A stretch of 64,000 bases of DNA. Origin: Tortispora ganteri. Its lineage: Eukaryota. The translations under genes were made by a program, and so were the position numbers. Below are positions 58,986 to 64,000 of this stretch, piece after piece. The notes beneath the pieces are model-generated. The model saw only the letters and a list, made by a program, of their open reading frames with translations. It did no database searches and was not told where the DNA came from. Position 1 is the stretch's first letter; the number at the start of each line of letters is the position of its first letter. Where the stretch lies: positions 186,001-250,000 of the forward strand of contig PPNB01000004.1 in NCBI GenBank assembly GCA_003707115.1. The letters are read 5' to 3'.

Positions 58986-61900
58986 ATGTCTAGTAGTGAT
59001 CTAGAATATCCTAAACCAGGATTTTATCCTGTGCGAAAAGATTCTGTTGTTGATTTGTCATCAATCGTTGCTAAACTACCAGAAACAACTAGCGATACAG
59101 AAAATCGCATCCCTGCATCGCTCAGCGTGCCACAGAATCTGTCTTATACAGACACAAGTTTTGCTGAACATTCGTTCAGTAACGATACTAGCTTTTCAAA
59201 TTTTCACCAATCTTACGATGTAGCTAGATCACGTTCTTTTTCTCACACACCTACCCTTATTGAAGACACCCGTCCTCATGCCGCTGTCTCTATTGATCTA
59301 AACATTGCATCACAGAATGCTACAATGCACTACTCCACAGACACTCAAGCTAACAATCATAAATCTTCTGATCTAGATTTTTCTGAATATAATTCAAGCT
59401 CCAAAGAGCAACTCGAACTTAAGAGCCCTACAGAATACGCTTTACATATCGTGTTTACTCAGTTTGTCCGCTATGCTGAACGCAAAATGTATAAATGTTT
59501 ATCGTCCGGAGATACTGAACCAAATTTGGTCCAACTTCTCGGCCCAGGAGTAGATCCTACACTCGACAAAATAATCAGTTCTCTTGGATATTTGGCGCGA
59601 AAGAAACCTAAGCCAGTGATCGACTCAGTAATGTTTTGGCGCAAATCAAAAACGGAACATTCAATGTCCAACCTTGCTGCGAGCAACAATGCTTCCTTGC
59701 CAAAACAGTACCATCGCTCTACGCACTCAAGAAATCTTTCCTCTAATGCACTACCTTTCCCTCAAAGGGAAACTCGCTCTAACCTTATTAACTTCACTAC
59801 GGGCCATGTTAGGGGATTCAGATCTTCCGATTCAAGTATATCTGTTGAAAATGACGCTCAAGCAAGAGTTTTACAGAACGAACGCAGAAGCCTCGTAAGC
59901 ATCTATATTCTTTGCCGAGTTCTTCTTGAAGTAATCAGACAAGCACCTCCTGAAGTCTTGGGTACTGAATTATCAGAAAAACTAGAAGAAATCATCTTTC
60001 GCCAACTGCGAGATACTGACCCGGAGTGTTTAGCTTCAAGCGCATCATATCGGGCAAATTGGACTCTGTTTGCCCAGTTACTTGGTGAAATGTCAGAACG
60101 AAGATTTGCTTCTACTAGCGATTATTTTATTGCCGAACTTGAAAAGCCAGTTCGTGCTGACATAAATAAAGAAGCCACAAAAATGAATGAATCTAACATT
60201 GAGGTGCTTATATACGGAATGCGTTATTTGAAGCTCAAAATTTATCCTCCAGAAGCATTTGACGAAGCTGTCGACTTTCTTAGCTGTATGGCTGAATTCT
60301 TTTCCGTTTCACATGGTCGGAAAATTAAGCAGGCTTATGCCACTATTTTGCATCACTTATTATTCCCTGTCTCTACATCTATAACACTAGAAGCTAATAA
60401 TCCTACTTGGATCAAAGCTACAGAGATCATATATGTTAAAACGCAATCCATGGTTACAAAGCAGAAATATTGGGCGCATTTGTTTCCTCTTCTTTGCACT
60501 GTTTTATGTGTCTCAACCCATGAATTTTTCTCGAAACATTGGAGTGCCACTATTGAAAATTATGCTGCCAAGTACCGTGACTCTTCTACTCGTGCAATTT
60601 ATTTGGCTAGTGTTTCGCGTTTATTATGGGTATATTTATTTAGATACCCTGAATCGCTCAATAATGTTGTTAAGCGACTAGACCAGATTACAAAAATATT
60701 ACTTCCATCCAACAAGAAGTCATTTCTTTATACAGCTGATCTGGGACCTATGGAAGCACATATTGCATACGTGATTCGATGCATAGGTTACAACCACAGG
60801 GAATACTGTTTTACCAAATTACTTCCACCCCTTCTTAATATGGATGCACTCAATTCTTCAGGCTCAAATGTTGCCACACTCTCTCTTGATACTGTGCACC
60901 CGGAGCGAGCTATTACTGGAATTCTTTGCTATGCACAAATGCTGGGTGACCGTGCCTCAGGAAATCCACCGGGAATGTTCCCTGATGACGACACAGATAA
61001 CATCGTTAATAAAGGAATCAATTCTCTTCACGAGCCTTTCAAAGCTGTTCAACTTGGTCAACTTACAGGAGCCTTTCAAGACTTCCATACTAGCTTTCTA
61101 CAAATAATTGGTAAATTGCTCATCCTTATTGACGCCTATTATGGTGGACAAGTCGCACTAGATGAACAAAGTGGAACTTCTGGGCCGGGAAGTATCCGAA
61201 CACCTGTAACAGCTACGTTTGGTTTCACATCTGATATGATGGCAGCTAGTAAACAAGTCTTTTATGATCTCTTTCTAGTCATTATATCTGTTTTACCGAG
61301 GTGTGTTCCTTCCAATGTGACTAAATCTAAACTAATTGAAGTTCTCTGTCACGCTACTGCACACCCTGACGCCCGTATTTCTCGCATGGCTTACCAATCC
61401 CTGCGTGAGTTTGCCGTTGGTTCTGATTCTTGCTTAGTCATATCTGGATTTTCTCGGTTTTTAGGTACTGTGGGCGAAAAGTATTCAAGCAATTCTGAGT
61501 ATGAAATCAATCAATTAGCGAGACTAGAAAAGTCTTTGAAGCTTTACATAGATTTTCTTTATGCTTGGAGAACTGATTTACGAAAACGAATAAGTGGAAC
61601 AAATGAGAATGATAAATCTTCTGAGGATATTGACTTTGTCGCTACTTTGAGCACTTTAGAAGATGCCGAAGGCTTGGGTTTATTTTTCCTCTGCTCTCAA
61701 GCTCGATCGGTGAGGCAAAGTGCTATTTCAATATTCAAGATTGTTCGAGGTTTCGATGAAATTCTGAAATCTCAGGACTCTTCCGAAGCTGATAGCACGA
61801 CTAAGCATGATTATTCGAGACTGATTGATATCTTGGAAAGTAAGGAAGCCTTTAGCATCTTGACAGAGTTACAGTCCCCTAAAGAAGGTCTTAGCGTCGC

Positions 61901-64000
61901 TGAATCTGGACGCTTGTCTAAGCTCTTGCAAGTGAAGCCCACGTCTGTGTTTTCACGTCTCGCAACTAGTGACTATGGTATCGATTCTGCTTTATGGTTT
62001 CGCACTTTTCCTCATTTAGTAACATTGTTCTTTAATGCATTTCCTATCCCCGTTGCATTATGTCGTGACCTAGTTTGTCGAACAATAGTTAACATGGATC
62101 TTCCTATACGTACTATAGCCGACAGCTCGAAGCCGGCATTCTCTTCCGGAATTGTGCAAGATCTAATGTTCAAGCACACAATGCGCACAGGTCCCGAACT
62201 TCTAATTGAACAATGGAAACTTTACCTAACTTTTGCATGCTCCACCATCACACTTACAGACTCCTACTCTACCACGGATTTAAACACTTCATCTAACCTG
62301 GGACATGAAAGAAAAGCGTCGCGCAATCATTCTGGGCCCTCGCAAAAAATTCTCTCGGCTAAAGCCTTATTTCAATTGGTCAGCCCTCTTTTAAAAGTTG
62401 ATCAGGTGAATATCAGAGAAGCTTTAGTTTCTGGACTATCTTACATCAACGTTAACTTATACCCTACTTTAATTGAATCTTTAGATGAGATGATGCGTTC
62501 TTGGACTACTGAAGTCAATCTAGCCCAAACGCATCGCAGAACACTATCTGGAAATGCCAATATACGCAAACAGGGCAAACTAGTCATTGAAGTTACTCAC
62601 GTATTTCAGTTGACCTCAAGGTATTTGAACGACTCATCTGTGTGTGGTAATGATGACCTGCTCAAACGAGTTGTTGACTTTACGAAGTTAATCAAGGAGT
62701 TTCTCTCTAACTCAGAAATTAGAGCAGATATCTCTTACCAGAAACTTATGCGCTATTTTTGCGGTCTCGTCGAGAATCTTTATACAGCACTGGTAACAAA
62801 TGGAATAGCTAGCAAATGGTTTCCATTTGAAGCGAGAATATCCTGCTTTACTTTGATCGAAGAATGGTTGCTTCAGTTGCACAATGTGGAACTGAATTAC
62901 GATACATACAATAGAGTACGATCTGGTTCTGATGAAGCGTCGCGTAATACAGCTGATCGAGAATTGGCTATCGCTGCTATGATGATTGAAAAGAACAACT
63001 TAGAACTGGCTGCTCTTAAGGCAATGGCTGCTTTATGTGCTGGACCTGTGTCGCATTCACTAGGAAATAAAGACCAATCCACAGTTCTGGCCTTAGATGT
63101 GAAAGGCTTACTTAGATGGGTGGACTCCGTGCTTTCTAGTAATAGTGATCAAAAGCAGGATATTGGTCGCAATGCTCTCTATAATTTGCTGAAGTATAAC
63201 TCCAATAACTCTGTGTTCCTTAAAGAAGCTATTGCGCAGTCTTTTGCTGATAAAGTGGAAGTTAAAGCCAGTTGGAGCTATTTTTCTGTGGTGTGCCAGG
63301 TTCTGCAAGAAATCTCTACATATCCGTGCACTGTTTCTGGTCCATTGGCGCTCGCATTATTCCGTCTTGGCGATGATAATAGAGAGGCCAGAACCGAAGC
63401 AATAAAACTGCTCTCGGCTATTGAATCTCGTTTTTTCAACACTTCGCATTCCAACGAATTTAAAACTTCTGTTTTGGATCGAACCACTGTTGTTTACAAG
63501 CATGCTCAATTTGAATTGGCGAGCAGATTTGCAGCTGCCCAACCTGAAATTGCATTTGAGGTCTTCTCTGAACTGTCTATGTTTTTCAATATTATTGGCC
63601 CAAAGAAACGTAAAGATATGCTGGCTGTTATTCTGCCTTGGGTTCAGGCATTGGAATTGAGCACAGAGATTGACAGTGAAGTGGTCACGTACCCAACATT
63701 CATGGTCCTGAGTAACTTATTTGAGATTACCGTCAAATTTTCTGACCAGATGCAAACAGAAGTTGAGGCTCTTTGGGTTGCTCTTGGAAGTGGAAGATAT
63801 CCTAAAAATATTGACGTTGTCCTTGGATTCGTGATGCATACTGGTATTGAACGACGTGATCCTGTATTTCTGGAAACTAGTAAACAAGTAATTGTTCATC
63901 TTTCTTCTTCTCCGAGCGCTTCTAAATTAGAAGAAACTTTGAGCTCTTACTTTAGTCCACGATTTATGGTTCCATATCACAAAGAGTATAATGTGTTCTC
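58986..64000 (+). CDS. TAO3: RAM/MOR network scaffold Tao3 (Pag1/Mor2/Furry), 3' end outside the window; absent from the ORF track
   Basis: ATG at 58986; in-frame KSPTEYALHIVFTQFVR (59421), ERRSLVSIYILCRVL (59880), EQWKLYL (62208), MVLSNLFEIT (63702). Confidence 0.93.
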   Translation, partial: MSSSDLEYPKPGFYPVRKDSVVDLSSIVAKLPETTSDTENRIPASLSVPQNLSYTDTSFAEHSFSNDTSFSNFHQSYDVARSRSFSHTPTLIEDTRPHAAVSIDLNIASQNATMHYSTDTQANNHKSSDLDFSEYNSSSKEQLELKSPTEYALHIVFTQFVRYAERKMYKCLSSGDTEPNLVQLLGPGVDPTLDKIISSLGYLARKKPKPVIDSVMFWRKSKTEHSMSNLAASNNASLPKQYHRSTHSRNLSSNALPFPQRETRSNLINFTTGHVRGFRSSDSSISVENDAQARVLQNERRSLVSIYILCRVLLEVIRQAPPEVLGTELSEKLEEIIFRQLRDTDPECLASSASYRANWTLFAQLLGEMSERRFASTSDYFIAELEKPVRADINKEATKMNESNIEVLIYGMRYLKLKIYPPEAFDEAVDFLSCMAEFFSVSHGRKIKQAYATILHHLLFPVSTSITLEANNPTWIKATEIIYVKTQSMVTKQKYWAHLFPLLCTVLCVSTHEFFSKHWSATIENYAAKYRDSSTRAIYLASVSRLLWVYLFRYPESLNNVVKRLDQITKILLPSNKKSFLYTADLGPMEAHIAYVIRCIGYNHREYCFTKLLPPLLNMDALNSSGSNVATLSLDTVHPERAITGILCYAQMLGDRASGNPPGMFPDDDTDNIVNKGINSLHEPFKAVQLGQLTGAFQDFHTSFLQIIGKLLILIDAYYGGQVALDEQSGTSGPGSIRTPVTATFGFTSDMMAASKQVFYDLFLVIISVLPRCVPSNVTKSKLIEVLCHATAHPDARISRMAYQSLREFAVGSDSCLVISGFSRFLGTVGEKYSSNSEYEINQLARLEKSLKLYIDFLYAWRTDLRKRISGTNENDKSSEDIDFVATLSTLEDAEGLGLFFLCSQARSVRQSAISIFKIVRGFDEILKSQDSSEADSTTKHDYSRLIDILESKEAFSILTELQSPKEGLSVAESGRLSKLLQVKPTSVFSRLATSDYGIDSALWFRTFPHLVTLFFNAFPIPVALCRDLVCRTIVNMDLPIRTIADSSKPAFSSGIVQDLMFKHTMRTGPELLIEQWKLYLTFACSTITLTDSYSTTDLNTSSNLGHERKASRNHSGPSQKILSAKALFQLVSPLLKVDQVNIREALVSGLSYINVNLYPTLIESLDEMMRSWTTEVNLAQTHRRTLSGNANIRKQGKLVIEVTHVFQLTSRYLNDSSVCGNDDLLKRVVDFTKLIKEFLSNSEIRADISYQKLMRYFCGLVENLYTALVTNGIASKWFPFEARISCFTLIEEWLLQLHNVELNYDTYNRVRSGSDEASRNTADRELAIAAMMIEKNNLELAALKAMAALCAGPVSHSLGNKDQSTVLALDVKGLLRWVDSVLSSNSDQKQDIGRNALYNLLKYNSNNSVFLKEAIAQSFADKVEVKASWSYFSVVCQVLQEISTYPCTVSGPLALALFRLGDDNREARTEAIKLLSAIESRFFNTSHSNEFKTSVLDRTTVVYKHAQFELASRFAAAQPEIAFEVFSELSMFFNIIGPKKRKDMLAVILPWVQALELSTEIDSEVVTYPTFMVLSNLFEITVKFSDQMQTEVEALWVALGSGRYPKNIDVVLGFVMHTGIERRDPVFLETSKQVIVHLSSSPSASKLEETLSSYFSPRFMVPYHKEYNVF

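Noticed and set aside
59471..63899. Many short ORFs in the track suggesting a gene-poor or pseudogene region
   Set aside because: All are off-frame or antisense to the single long TAO3 frame, which the track omits because it has no stop in the window.

Overview
Gene-dense (~80% coding), intron-poor fungal nuclear DNA, most consistent with a budding yeast (Saccharomycotina) outside the Saccharomyces lineage. The code looks standard: CTG sits at a conserved Leu in NMD3. I count about 36 protein-coding genes, one intron-containing tRNA-Phe(GAA) and one 100-N assembly gap. Most genes are housekeeping (RPL24, GNA1, SRP101, NAR1, PAC2, SPT5, RPN2, DPH2, COX10, CEF1, NMD3, ESF2, NOP53, RPO41, NCP1, TAO3). 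The ORF track misses or truncates three of them: PAC2 and KEI1 each have a GTAAGT intron, and TAO3 runs off the right edge. I see no transposon, CRISPR array or rRNA. The best candidates for something new are: (1) a loose neighbourhood at 30.9-44.7 kb where NUDT19-like Nudix, methylcitrate dehydratase PDH1, an uncharacterised ModF/YDR061W-like ABC ATPase and a PTS1-bearing nitronate-monooxygenase-family gene all carry the CCTCGG fatty-acid-response element upstream; (2) a secreted GH72 (Gas) protein that appears to have lost both catalytic glutamates and its GPI signal; (3) a SAMHD1-like HD-domain protein with CDK consensus sites. All calls come from motif recognition by eye; no database searches were run.
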